Source: Callorhinchus milii (taxonomy: Eukaryota). From it: DNA of 64,000 bases. The notes under the pieces are model-generated. The model saw only the letters and a list, made by a program, of their open reading frames with translations, had not been told where the DNA came from and did not search any database. The position numbers and the translations under genes were made by a program. This document shows positions 1-12,467 of the stretch, piece after piece (the first letter of the stretch is position 1; every line of letters starts with the position of its first letter). The stretch is taken from contig NW_024704742.1 in NCBI RefSeq assembly GCF_018977255.1, positions 81,222,001 to 81,286,000 on the forward strand, given 5' to 3'.

Positions 1-109
1 GGCTATGGGGAAAGAGCGGGACTAGTTGGCTAGCTCTTTCAAAGAGCCAGCACAGGCATGATGGGTCGAATGGCCTCCTTCTGTTCAGTAGGACTCAATG
101 ATTCTATGA
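1..109 (+). mobile_element. CR1 LINE 3' end fragment (cut by window edge)
   Basis: ggctatgggg...ggcatgatgggtcgaatggcctccttctg...atgattctatga matches the typical CR1 3' UTR and its (ATTCTATG)-like terminal repeat. Confidence 0.75.
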
Positions 110-206
110 ACTGTCCATCTCACAAAGGTTGGCAGGTTTAATGAACAGCAGAAAATTGCACCCAGTATCTGTTGCTTTTACCATCAGCCTGGACTGAAAG
201 TTAATT

Positions 207-272
207 CAGCGCCTTGAGGACGTCCTCCCGATGTGAAAAGCGCTTTACAAATATAATTTTGTTGTTGTTGTT
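207..272 (+). mobile_element. L2 LINE extreme 3' tail with TSD
   Basis: cagcgccttgaggacgtcctcccgatgtgaaaagcgct...(ttg)n, the same tail as the longer L2 copies; ttaatt duplicated at 201-206 and 271-276. Confidence 0.8.
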
Positions 273-619
273 AATTGAGTTACTCTCTTAACCATTAAAT
301 TGATTTCATACTGCATACTTGGTGATCAACTGTCATGGTTATGGCACCAGAGATCTGAAATCCCTCCTCATCTTAGCCTGTAGGACCATTTTGCCTTAAA
401 ATTTAAGATTGTGGAAAATTCTTCAACTCAGTCTTGAGTTGGTAGCTTTTTTCCCGCAGTACTTAAAAAAGAACCAACTTCCTTATTTTATTTGTTTTCC
501 TGCTATGTGACAGCAATCCCACACCACGTTGCAGCTCATTCCCACCTCCTTTGTGACAAAGGATTGATATTCTCTGCTTAAAGTTTAAATAATAGTTTAC
601 TTAGCGAGTCTACACTTTG

Positions 620-700
620 CAAAAGGTGAAGAACTGCAGATGCTGAAAATCTGGTATAAACACAGAAGTCGCTGGGAATACGCAACAGGTCAGGCAGCAT
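620..700 (-). mobile_element. Penelope-like element fragment (left part, interrupted by L2)
   Basis: actgcagatgctgaaaatctg...gctgggaatacgcaacaggtcaggcagcat resembles the reverse complement of 54590-54670. Confidence 0.6.
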
Positions 701-1787
701 TTATTTCTCCACAAATGGTTTTTCCTCCGTGTCCCTCAAGGCTCTGTCCTCGGTCCCCTCCTCTTCACCCTCTATATACTCTCCCTTGGTGACATCATCT
801 GCAGACATGGGGTTAACTTCCACATGTATGCGGATGACACCCAACTCTACCTTTCCTCCTCTACCCTCAACTCCACGACCACCGATGTCCTGACACCTGC
901 CTGTCTTCAGCTCAACGTGCGTAAACTGAGGCCCTCCTGATTGGCTCACGTCAGCGCCTCCGCACCTCTGGCGCTGACAGCATCAGCATCCAAGGCTGCA
1001 CTCTCCACCTCTCAAAGCCATCAGGAACCTCGGGGTTCTGTTCGACCCTGAGCTGTCCTTTCTCCCTCACATCCGCACCACAACTGGCACCGCCTTCCAT
1101 CACCTCCGGAATGTCGCCAGACTACGGGACTACCTCACCCCTCACGCTGCTGAAACACTGGTCCACGCCTTTATCACCTCAAGGCTGGACTATGGGAACT
1201 CTCTCCTCGCCGGCCTTCCCGGCACCTCCCTCCACAAGCTGCAGGTCATTCAGAACTCTGCAGCTCGTGTACTGTCCCGCACCAGGCTTCGGGACCACAT
1301 CACTCCCACCCTCGCTCGCCTCCACTGGCTCCCCATCCCCCAGAGGATCGAATTCAAGATCCTCACCCTCACCTACAAGGCCATTCACGGCCTTGCTCCC
1401 TCCTACCTCTCCGACCTACTATTCCCCTACCTACCTGCCCGTACCCTCCTTCTCTGGCTCCAGTCTGCTCCACATCCCCCGCCCCAACCGCCCTACCATC
1501 GGTGCCGGCCTTCAGCCTCTCAGCCCCTAGGCTCTGGAACTCTATTCCCCAGTGCCTTCGCCGCCTCCTCCCTTTCCTCCTTCAAGGCCGGTCTCAAGAC
1601 CTTTCTCTTTGACCGTGCCTTCAGCTCCCCTCTCGACTCTCTACCCCCTCCTCGCTCCCTCCCTTCCCTCCCCTCACCTTGACCATTTCCCCCCTGCTCG
1701 GGTCCTGACCCAACTGTACAGCGCCTTGGGACGTCCTCCCGACGTGAAAGGCGCTCAATAAATGGAATCTTGTTGTTGTTGTTGTTC
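701..1787 (+). mobile_element. L2 LINE, 5'-truncated (RT C-terminal half plus 3' UTR), frameshifted
   Basis: RT motif [10 protein letters not shown] (YADD at 827-838), downstream SRLDYGN / LHWLPI..RIEFKIL motifs, 3' stem-loop and (TTG)n tail. Confidence 0.9.
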
Positions 1788-1838
1788 ATGGAGAGAGGAA
1801 AATGAGTTAACGTTTCAGTTCTATGACCTATCATAGAA
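1788..1838 (-). mobile_element. Penelope-like element fragment (right part)
   Basis: catggagagaggaaaatgagttaacgtttcagttctatgacc continues 620-700 collinearly with the copy at 54540-54600. Confidence 0.55.
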
Positions 1839-3342
1839 AAGTTTTTTTAAAACAACTAAATTTTGCAGTTGTTTTAAAAAATACACTTACTATGCAATCA
1901 GCGTCATAAATTTTTCCAGCTCTTTCGTTATACACCATAAGCAGAAAAATTTTCTTGATGAATTATATTGAAACAAATAGTAATCAGTGTATTAGGGAAC
2001 ACACTGTTCCATAGAATTAAAGATGACATCTACTGCAGTGAAGCCTTTTTCTAAAATGGTTTTCACAATTGTATCTTTGGTTAAAATTATGTGAGGATGG
2101 TGTGCTTGTGGTGCAGAACTAATTTCACAATAAGTTGATATCCCTGAATTTCAGTTCAGCGATGCACTTGCTGACTAGCCTAGAAAACTGCAGAGAGACA
2201 CACACTTGGAGGAACGTGATTCAGAGTAGCTGAGCAGGTGAAATGGGACCAGTATTGTCCTTTAAACCATTTCATGGTTCCCTGGCCTCATAAAATGCTG
2301 AAGAAGCATCATAATGTGTTGGTTCTTTCTGTTTGAGAAAAGCAAATTACCAAGATACTAAAATCTACACGCTCAGAAATACAGCGTAGGGATGAGAAAT
2401 GCACATCATATATCACTTTTTGTTCCGCTCTATAGGGCTATGTGAAATAGGTCAGAGTGGATTTCTTTGTTAATATCCTTCGGCATACAAAATGCTGATA
2501 GATTACCAAGCTCTGATCAAACTGATAAGGGTTTCTTTACATCAGGAATTTGTTTACATCAGATTTATCTCCAATTAATTTTGCCTATCAATCATACATG
2601 ATTATCTCATTAAAACACATAAATAATATTAGCGTTAATGCCACGAGGAGCGCATGAATAATACATTACCCTTAGCACCAGGAGCAGGGTGGTTCTTATC
2701 TAGCGATGAACTTGCTTTCCTATGATCTCCATGAAGATGAATTATAAATACTGTGAAGATGTCTTTTAAAATAAACTGATTTAAAGACTTTTTTCCAAGG
2801 TTACTCAGGACAACAATAGAAGGCGTGTTCTCTTTACCATTCTGCTAGTCCAGATATAACCAGTTCAAATGGCAAAGCACTCAGGATATGTGATGGTTTC
2901 CCTTGGGAATCCTTGAAGTAGATCTCTTTCTGGTCTCTCTCTGAGGTAATTTTGCAGAGTGCCGATTATTAGCATGTGTATGCCTGTCAACGCACCTGCC
3001 TGTCGTATAAGTCAGGGCATAGCAGTGACCCACGTGTTTTTTTTAATTTTCTTATTTTATGACATGAGTTGACCTAGTTGGATATTGGCAAAAAGCAGAG
3101 ACGTAAGTACATGTATAAAATATTAATGTCACAGACAAACTGTACCCACTTCTTCGATAAATACTTTAGCTACTATAGATGCAGGAATCAAGACATTAGA
3201 GATGAAGGGATCAGAAAATAACAGGCACAGACATATAAATTAGATAGGAGGGGTATTAGGGATATGGGTGAAGACATAAGAAAGACGCAGTGGTTTGACA
3301 ATGTAGCAACAGAGGCCAAGCATCAATTTATTTGGAAGATTT

Positions 3343-3660
3343 GGAGTCCTGTAGCTCAGTGTTAGAGCATTCGCCTTGCAAGTGAGAGACCTGGACTCAA
3401 TTCCCAGCAGGGTGAAACCTTGGGCAAGTTTCCTTACTCCACGCACCTGATAATAATCCTTCAAGAAAAAAACACAATAATAAATTGGTAATTTCAATCC
3501 ACGACTGTTTGTGGGACATTGCTGTGCGTAATTGGCTGCCACATTTCGCCCACAAATATACAGTCAGTTCACTTTACATTCTATTCTGTGAAGCGCTTTG
3601 AGACGTTGAGAAGACGTGAAAAGTGCTTTATCAAAATGCAAGGTTTATTATTTTTTATTT
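3343..3660 (+). mobile_element. Young tRNA-derived SINE, full length, with TSD
   Basis: Head ggagtcctgtagctcagt with A/B-box-like motifs, Deu-like body tgtgggacattgctgtgcgtaattggctgcc, L2-type tail; aagattt TSD at 3336-3342 and 3661-3667. Confidence 0.9.
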
Positions 3661-3859
3661 AAGATTTAGGATTCAGGACATGAGAGCTACAGGATTCAAG
3701 ATATTATATTACAGTCGAATCTACACATATACATACCACTTGGAGACATTTTCCTGCAGTGAGTGGATCTCAGTTTTGCTCCCCATATCATGAGTGATGA
3801 ATGGACTGTCAGAATTCCTTTGTGTTTACTATTACTTCAGTCCTATTTTGACCACAGTT

Positions 3860-4200
3860 CAACAACAACAACAAAATTACATTTATAGAGCGCCCTTCAC
3901 ATCGGGAGGACATCCCAAAGCGCTGAACAGTCAGGCGTCGGGGCCCGAGCATGGGGGAGGGGTGGTGTAGGGGTGAGGGAAGGCAGAGGGGTGAGAGGGA
4001 GACCGAAGGTACAGTCGAAGAGAAGGGTCTAAGACCGGCCTTGAAGGAGGCAAGGGAGGAAGCGAGGCGAAGGGACCGTGGGATGGAGTTCCAGAGGATG
4101 GGGGCAGAGAGGCTGAAAGCCCGGCCACCAATGGTAGGGCGGGTCGGGAGGGAGACATGGAGCAGACCGGAGCCTGAAGAAAGGAGGGAGCGGGCACATC
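3860..4200 (-). mobile_element. L2 LINE 3' fragment
   Basis: (caa)n plus the reverse complement of the L2 stem-loop and 3' UTR. Confidence 0.85.
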
Positions 4201-4299
4201 CAGAATTATGGACTGATGAAGCAATAACAGATTTAAAAATACTAATATTCTGTGAGGCGGGTGGGCGAGGGGAGGTCAGACGTAGATCACAAAAGTCAA

Positions 4300-4720
4300 A
4301 CAGCAGGAGTCATGACAGTGCAGAATGCAGTTGATTTATGGCATCTGAACTCCTGTGTGTCTTGTGAGCCAGTTATACAAAGTGAAGGCCTGTAATGACA
4401 GAGAGAGCTGCACCATTTCAATAGTGTTTTTGACTTTTCCAACTCAAGGAGCCCAAACCCAGATCTGAGCTCTGTTAAGTCAATGCCAATATCGTATAAA
4501 CCCTTCCGCCCAGCACGGTGTGCAGTGAAGCACAATGTCCATTTTATCACTTCAATCCTGTGTCCAGGGAACAATATAATATTCCCCATTTTTGCTTTTC
4601 TGACAGGACATCTTTCACCATAGCACGCAATAGCAGCCAGTGAAATAAATATGCTGCAACTGATAATGAAAGCACGACTCCCACAAAACTGAATATAGAG
4701 TTCTAACTCATCATTCTGAA
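4300..4720. promoter_or_regulatory. Candidate enhancer with Pbx-Hox and Meis motifs
   Basis: No recognisable repeat; TGATTTATGG at 4332-4341; TGACAG at 4313, 4396 and 4601. Confidence 0.3.
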
Positions 4721-5129
4721 GCTGTGAGAGGATGGACATTTTATCAGGCCACCATTTCTGTGGCAAAGTGTTTTGGGGGGTTGTTTGTATAGAAGCAAAT
4801 CACATGATGCAAATTATAACAAAAGGTACTTTATTGTTAGACTTTTGCATGGTGTCAGGGTGAGAAAAATATCACATGGCCCTCTCTCTCTCTCTGCAAA
4901 CAACAAAAACACAGATTTGTTAAACCCTCTTTCATGATGACAGTGACTTTTTAATTGATACATTCTGGATCTTTTAAGCATCTTTTGGCAAGGCCATTTT
5001 CAGGGATGGATGATGGTGTTTTGTCCTGCCAGAGGACATTGAAAATTCAGCCCAAATCTCCAAAGTGGATTTATTCATTACAGAGAAATGCTTTCTAACT
5101 CTGGCCACAATTATTTTACATTTTACACA

Positions 5130-5400
5130 ATTATTTCCTTGCATGTGATATAGCATCTTATCTTGTTATCAAAATATCTTAAAGCACTTCACAGGATTTG
5201 CTGCAAAGTGTAGTGACCGTGTATTTTGTAGGTTAACACGGCAGCCAATTTGCGCACAGTAATGTCCCACAAATGTCCATGAAGTGAATGAATAATTTTA
5301 TCTGGTGGATTGTTGTGCAGGATATCAAGGGAAACTCCCTTATCTTTTCAAACAGTGCCAATGGTTTGCTAACTTGTCCATTTGGACCTGCGCTTAATCT
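5130..5400 (-). mobile_element. Old Deu-domain SINE 3' fragment
   Basis: ggcagccaatttgcgcacag...cccacaaa and gaaactccct...ttcaaacagtgcca motifs shared with 60830-61295. Confidence 0.6.
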
Positions 5401-5479
5401 CCAAACTGTCTAAGAAGTGCAATCAATAAAGTCTTCAGAGGAAATGGGCATTTGTTTTATACATGTATACCTTGCGTTG

Positions 5480-5870
5480 GACAGGAGTCTATACCTCTTC
5501 CTTTCTCTTCTCCTATACTGAAGGTGCTGCATCTTACTGGGTACAGTACTATGTGCTCCAGTTGGTCTCCAACTCCTCCCCAAGTGACCAATATTACCTT
5601 GTAAGCCATGTCAGTGAGTGTCAGCGGCTGCTTATTTGTGGGAGGCCTCACTTCTGAGCCCCATTCTGTCCTCACCCGATATCTCACATGAGGACCATCA
5701 AAGAAGTGTCTGAATTTTGATCAGGCCTGGGCATCATGGCTAATTTCCCCCTGCCTAACTATGCTAGGGAATTGTAACACCCCTGCTTATTTGACAGATT
5801 TGCAGGCTAACTCAGCACAGAGCAGGATTCAAACCTGTGCCCAATTGCTGTGTCTTTACCCACTGGGCCT
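5480..5870 (-). mobile_element. Old SINE-like repeat (family B; related pieces at about 16900-17070, 19500-19650, 20270-20500)
   Basis: Reverse strand starts with tRNA-like ggcccagtgggtaaag...ggtttgaatcc; gatatcgggtgaggacag..gggctcag is shared with the region near 20300; aattgtaacacc.ctgc is shared with the region near 19620. Confidence 0.4.
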
Positions 5871-5989
5871 TTGAGATTGCTTTAAGTTTTTAAATCCAAG
5901 TGTCATAACTTAAAAGTTTAAAACTGCCCCTGAAAAATCAGTTAGTTACCCAAGGAAAGAAATCTAAATAACAACTACAACAATAACTA

Positions 5990-6187
5990 CAACAATAGCA
6001 ACAACAACAACAACAGCATTCATATAGCACCATTCACATCGGGAGGACGTCCCAAGTCCTTGGACATTCAAAGGTTTTGCACCTGAGCTAGAGTGGTGGG
6101 GTCAAGGGGATGGGAATGGGAAGGAAGCTGTCTGAAGGTGCGGTCAAAGAGGAAAGTCTTGAGATGGATGGTGAAGGAGGTGAGGGA
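5990..6187 (-). mobile_element. L2 LINE 3' fragment
   Basis: (caa)n plus cacatcgggaggacgtcccaag plus 3' UTR. Confidence 0.75.
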
Positions 6188-6430
6188 TAATAATTATCCT
6201 TGCATTTGATATTGTGCCTTTCATGTCAGGAGGACGTGACAGGATTTACTCTGAAAGAGTTTTGACTTTATTTTGTAGGAGACAACTTGCACGTAGCAAT
6301 GTCCCACAATCGGCTATAACCATGAATGAGCAATTTTATCCAGAGCCAGTCAGTGACTCAAAATACAAAGTTTCAAATCCAAATTCATACCTACCTAGGC
6401 AGATATCCAAAGGTACGTTGAGACTTTAAA

Positions 6431-6848
6431 CATCCTCACCTACAAGGCCATTCATGGCCTTGCTCCCTCCTACCTCTCTGACCTACTATCCCCCTACTTA
6501 CCTGCCCGTACCCTCCGTTCCTCTGGCTCCGGTCTGCTCCACATCCCCCGCCCCAACCACCCTCGGTGGCCGGACCTTCAGCCTCTCAGCCCCTAGGCAC
6601 TGGAACTCTATCCCCCAGTGCCTTCGCCGCCTCCTCCCTTTCCTCCTTCAAGGCCGGTCTCAAGACCTTTCTCTTTGACTGTGCCTTTAGCTCCCCTCTC
6701 AACTCTCTACCCCCTCCTCGCTCCCTCCCTTTCCTCCCCTCACCCTGACCATTCCCCCCCTGCTCGGATCCTGACCCAACTGTACAGCACCTTGGGACGT
6801 CCTCCTGACGTGAAAGGCGCTCTATAAATGGAATCTTGTTGTTGTTGT
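6431..6848 (+). mobile_element. L2 LINE 3' fragment, same young subfamily as 701-1787
   Basis: Near-identical to about 1360-1785, including the aaatggaatcttgttgttg tail. Confidence 0.9.
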
Positions 6849-7839
6849 AGTCTTCCAGTTAGCTTACTTTATTTGTACTATGTTGTTGACAAGTGTTTCA
6901 GCACTTTTAATCTACTGTTATTACAAGTGTAGTTTTAAAGTACTGACCCAGCAAATACAATAAATCTTTATCTGGTACGCAGTGAATGTAGAATGGACCC
7001 CCCACTTTGTTCATTCATTAGCAAAGAAAGAACCTGTTCATCCATCTCTTTTAAACAAGACCTGGAAATACATGTCTTGAGAACTTGTCAATATAATGAA
7101 TCTCACTGCTGACAGTAACACAATTGAATGTGCACTGGATAGTGAGTAACTGCTGCAGTGACCACTGAATAATTAGGTGGAGTATTGACACAGAACTGCA
7201 CCGTCAGACTTCAGTGGTCAGTGCAGATTGTCATTGGGTAAACATCAGAGAGCTTCAAAGACCAGGAGTAACGAATACGAACATTAGTCAAATGTTCGGA
7301 AACTTTTTGTTTCTTCGGAATACTGCAAATTGAGTCATTTTGCAGTACTCCTATTTCACTGGGAGAGTGTTCAATTGGTGTAGCATTGCATTTGGATACA
7401 ATCATGTCAGACTCAGTCCCCAGAACTCCATGTATGTTATGCTATAGCCAACCATAGCAACAGAAACTTGCTGCATCAAAGAGGGCCATTGAGCCTATCA
7501 TGTCTGTGCTATGGTTACCTGTTTTCCTAAATTGCCTTTTTTTCAATAATCTCATTCTCCCCATATCCCTTGATCGTTTTACTATTATCCAGTTCCCTTT
7601 TAACAATTTCATTTAACTGGAAGAGTGGCAATGAATTCCAAACCTTAACAACCCTCTAAGTAAACAAATTCCTTCGGATCTCTTCTCCTATTTTTCCTGT
7701 GAGCAATCCTGAGACTATGCCCCTTGTCACAGGTAAAGCTCAACTCTTTAGAATCTTAACGACTTCTGACATATTCTGTTCAGTCTCCTCTACACCAGTG
7801 GAAAAATAATATTTTTATATTATTATAATAATAATATTT

Positions 7840-8136
7840 TAATAATAATATCCTTGCATTTGATATAGAGCTTTTCATGTCTTCTAGACATCTCAAATTG
7901 CTTCACAGAATATACTGTAAAATAAATTGTTAGTATATTTTATGGGCGAAACGTAGCAGACAATTGCGCACAGCAGTATCCCACAAACAGTCGTGGATGA
8001 AGTGACCAAATTATTATTGTTTTTTTCTTGAGCGATTATTATCAGGCACGTGGAGTAAGCAACTTGCCCAAGGTTTTGCCCTGCCCGGAATCAAACCCAG
8101 GTCTCTCGCTAGCGAGGCGAGAGCTCTAAGCACTGA
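7840..8136 (-). mobile_element. Young tRNA-derived SINE, slightly 5'-truncated
   Basis: Reverse complement of the 3343-3660 family. Confidence 0.85.
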
Positions 8137-9459
8137 AAAACTCCCAATATAGAAAGCTTTTGTTCATGTTTGTATTCTATGCCTTGAAGAAAGTACATGG
8201 AAGTTGCATTGCACAAATATTCTTGCTATAAACAATGGAAAATCTAGGATGTCATATCAGTTGTGAAAGCCAATCACTTGTATGCTTCTTTACATTCTAT
8301 GCTACACTGGGGTCTAACATATATATTAAATCCAAAAATTCTTAAAGAAAGCAATGAATATTAATTATCCAACTAATTATCCAACTAATATTCAGCAATG
8401 AATATTAATTGTCCAAGACTCCTGAGTCCTGGATAAGAGGTGGATCTTCTGCCAAATACCTATTGACAATAATAAAACAGATCTCCGTGTTTGGCTCTCC
8501 ATCACCTTGCCACCCTCTGCTTTCAAAAATCTTTGCCTTTTGCCTTTGCCAACCTTGTGCAGTTTTCTACCCCACCTCTGCAAAGTCCTATAAAGCCACT
8601 AAAAGTTGCAAGTTGCTGTTATTGACTTTAAGTGCCCAATTCATACATTGGAATTTAGGGGATCCCCCAGATAGGCTTAATCTCTCTAACTTACCCTATT
8701 TACAAACTGTGTCCACCGACTTACACTGGCAATCAGTAAATTGTGTTCCACAGCACCTCAAAGTAGTCTACCTAATGGGACACTTAAACAAATCCCTTGC
8801 ACAAGTATCAATTGCATGTGCAAGGTGTATTTTTGAAAAGCTTATCAGAACCAAAATTCTGTCATTAGCATGGAATTAACTCATTTTACTTGAAGCAAGC
8901 TGTGTTCTTTGGTCACTGAATCGTATGTGTGTTAAACATGTTATTATGGAGAAGGGCTTGCTGTGTTTAGTTTATACCACTGATGGAAAGATTAAACAGG
9001 CTGGCCACAAAGATCTGCAAGTTGAGTTATTTTATTTGTCGTCTGCCAATGTTTTACTGTTCCACCCATAAGAAATAGTGGAATGTGCCTCACAGGCCAT
9101 TGCACAATGGTGCCTCCAGTCACACAGCGCTATCTGATTGTATCTCACAATAAAGTGCTGGTTCCAGTTCAGCCACAGGAAAGGGTTAGTCTCGGGAATG
9201 GATTGCAAGTGCTTTTTGGCAAACATCCAGTCAGTTTCAGGTCAGCTTCAAAACCTGAACGAACAGCGACTGCAGTACCTTCTTTGAAAAGTCCTTCATC
9301 CCATTTAAAACGAACACTTTGCACTAGTGTCATCCTATATTTCTAACAATATCTGGAGAACTATTCAGATTTAAAAATCTGTTAGGATTTGAATTCAGTG
9401 TGGATTCCAGGATTGTTGCTGACTGACTGCCAAGACTCCTGAATCCTGGATAAGCCTTA

Positions 9460-10095
9460 AATTCCTGCAGATGAACTTCAACAAAACAGAAGCCATCTCT
9501 TCAGCTCTAACTAGTGTCTTCTCACCTCTGGCTCTGACTCCATCAACCTCCCTGACAGCTTGCTATGGCTGACCATGTGAGTGCTTAACTTTGGTGCTTT
9601 GCTTGAACTCCAGTATTCTTTTAAACCATATTTATCAGGTTCTTCACCAAGACAATCTCCTTCCATATCCAGAACATCAACCATTTACATTCTAACCCAG
9701 CTGAAACCCTTATCTGAACTTTCACAACTTGAGGCTCGACTTCTCTAAAACTCTCCTTGCCTGGCTTGGCCATCATAGCTCTGCAGTCAGTATTTTCTCC
9801 TGCACCAAGCTCCACATGATCATTACGTAATCCTCACCGGATTGCACTTGCTTCCAGTAGCCCACTGGATGGACTTCAGTATCTTCTTCCTGACTTTCAG
9901 CTCCCTGAATTCTCTGTCTCAATCATTCCATCTTGTCCCCTCTTTGCCCATCTTCAGATCTCACCCAGAACACTTTGGCTGCCAACAGACACCTCCTCTT
10001 TCTCCCTGGCTGGGTGGCAAACTATGCCGTTTGTCCAGCTTTCCAACATGGTATCCCATGTGAAGGGTGCTACACAAACCCAAGTTGCTGTTGTT
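9460..10095 (+). mobile_element. Old, highly decayed L2 fragment
   Basis: Collinear remnants (ctgcagatgaac...gaagccat; gctgaaaccctt...aggctcgact; ttgcacttgcttccagt) and a caagttgctgttgtt tail. Confidence 0.55.
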
Positions 10096-10379
10096 CAAAT
10101 TCATCCATCGTCTTATCCTTCCATTCTTCAGTAATTTCCCCAAGAACCTTTCTCTTGCCTCTGCCCTCTGATATTGGTTTAGTGCTTGTTCCTCACTCCC
10201 TTTGCCCCGCCATTGGTAGTCTTGCTCCTAGTCTTTGGAACTCTCTCCCCAAATCCATTCCAAGACGTTAGCCTGCATGTAGGGTGCTATATAAATGCAA
10301 GTTGTTGCTGTTGTTGTTTCACTTTGCGTCTTCTCCCCCTCTCTTCAAAATCCTATTTTGAGGTCGTATCTCTCATACC

Positions 10380-11590
10380 GTCTCCAATTTGTCTCCACCA
10401 ACGGTTCCTCTTCCAGCCCCAGCACAGTCATGTGTGGTGTCCTTGGTCCCCTCCTCTTGAACCTCTACATGCTCCCCTTTGGTGCCATCATCTACATGTA
10501 CACAAATGACACTCAACTCTATCTCTGCCTCCACCCTCGACTCCAGGACCACTGCTGTCCTGACAGACTGTCTGTCAGACATCAAGTTCTGGATGAGAGC
10601 AAACTTTCTACAGCTGAATGTCAGCAAGACTGAGGCCCTCCTGATTGGCTCACGCCAGAGCCTCCGCACCTCAGCTACTGACAGCATCAGCATTCACAAT
10701 GCATACTCCACCTCATCAAGCCAGTCAGGAACCTGGGCATCTTGTTCGACAGTCAACTGTCCTTTCTCCACCATATCCGTGCCATGAGACATGCTCTGCT
10801 TTCCCCCACCTCTGCAACATTTCTCGACACTACCACTGCCTCACCCCTCAGATGGCCGAAACCCTCATACACGGATTCATCACCACAAGGCTCGACTCTG
10901 GAAACTCCCTCTTTGTTGGCCTCCTCAACTCTTCCCTCCACAAGCTGCAGATCATCCAGAACTCAAGAACTTTATTCAAGACTGAGGTTGATAGATTTCT
11001 AAAGGATAGAGGGATTAAGGGATATGGGGATAGGGCGGGTAAATGGAATTAGGTTAGAAGATCAGCCATGATCTTATTAAATGGCAGAGCAGGCTCGAGG
11101 GGCCGAATGGCCTACTCCTGCTCCTACATCATATGGTCTTAACTCTGCAGCTCGTGTCCTTTCCCACACCAGGCTCCATGACCCCATCACCCCCACCCTC
11201 ACCCGGCTCCACTGGCTCCCCTTCCCTCAGAGGATAGAATTCAAGATCCTTGACCTCACTTTCAAGGCCCTCCATGGCCTTGCCCCTTCCTACCTCTTTG
11301 ACCTGTCCTGCCCGACCCCCCTTCCATCGGCCAAGCTTTCAGCTTCTCTGCCCCCACCCTCTGGAATCCATTACACAATATCTTCCCCTTGCTCCCTCCC
11401 TTGCCTCCTTCAAGGCACGACTCAAGGCGCTCCTTTTCAACCGTGCCTTCAGCTGCCCTCCTACCTCTCTGCCTTCTCTCATCACAACTGTGCCCCACCC
11501 CACGCTTGGGTCCTGATCCCCGACTGTTCAGCGCCTTGGGTCGTCCTCCCAATGTAAAAGGTACTTTATAAATGTAACTTTACTGTTGTT
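10380..11590 (+). mobile_element. L2 LINE, 5'-truncated, interrupted by a CR1 fragment
   Basis: ORF fragments LGPLLLNLYMLPFG..MYTNDTQLYL, WMRANFLQLNVSKTE, TRLDSGNSL, LHWLPFPQRIEFKIL; 3' tail. Confidence 0.9.
10965..11140 (+). mobile_element. CR1 LINE 3' end nested in L2, TSD aactc
   Basis: FKTEVDRFL..GIKGYG..AGKW C-terminal motif plus ggccgaatggcctactcctgctcc; aactc at 10960-10964 and 11141-11145. Confidence 0.9.
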
Positions 11591-12214
11591 TTTAAAAACA
11601 TATTTCTCTGACATTGCCTTTGGTCAACTCTTACTGTTGCCCATCCTCCCTGTGAAGAACTGTACTTTGAGACGTTCATCCTACCATAAGTATCACACTC
11701 TTTGATGCCAAATCCCAGAAATGTTTACAATGGATTGTTTTTATTAGTGCCTTAAATTATTACTGCAACTTTCTTTACGATTCAAGCAGACAGCATGTGA
11801 GGCCACTAAAATATCAGTAAAAATAGCCAACAAACATGTAGGATATTAGCAAATATAATTAACTTGCAAATTAATTTGATATTAATACCGAATTAATCCC
11901 TTCCTGCAAACTTGTTCCTGACCCTTTGCTTTTAGTCAGACTGCAGCTCAACACACGCCTATTTATGGGTCAAAAGCTTAAGAACTAAAACTCATCAATA
12001 ATAATAATAATAATAATCATTGCATGTTGATATAGCGCCTTATCAATCGTCCAGAGGTGTAAAAAGCACTTCACAGACTATATTGTAAAGTAGATTGACT
12101 GTGCATTTTGTGGGTGATACCCTTCACTGTATTCCTGGATGGTGACTTATTGAAGAGTCTGGTCCCTGTTTGATTCGACCTGCGCTTTTGCCCTGATCCT
12201 GGGGACAATAGAGC

Positions 12215-12420
12215 TGTCTGTGTCTGTGTGTCTGTCTGTGTCTGTGTGTTGTGTCTGTCTGTCTGGCACTCACTCACTCACTCACTCACTCAGTGAAGGG
12301 CTGCAGCAACTCGATCTGACCACATTGTGAGTGAGTCCGTGCTGGTCTGCAGCACAAGGCAGGCAGTGAGGGGGGAGAGAAAGATAAACCTGTGCCACCA
12401 GCTTGTGCATTCATTATTCA

Positions 12421-12467
<47 letters not shown>

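Noticed and set aside
4296..4766. 156-aa minus-strand ORF
   Set aside because: Non-ATG start, no recognisable domain, no clear splice sites; better explained as non-coding sequence.
8409..8879. 156-aa ORF
   Set aside because: Non-ATG start, no domain similarity, no exon signals.
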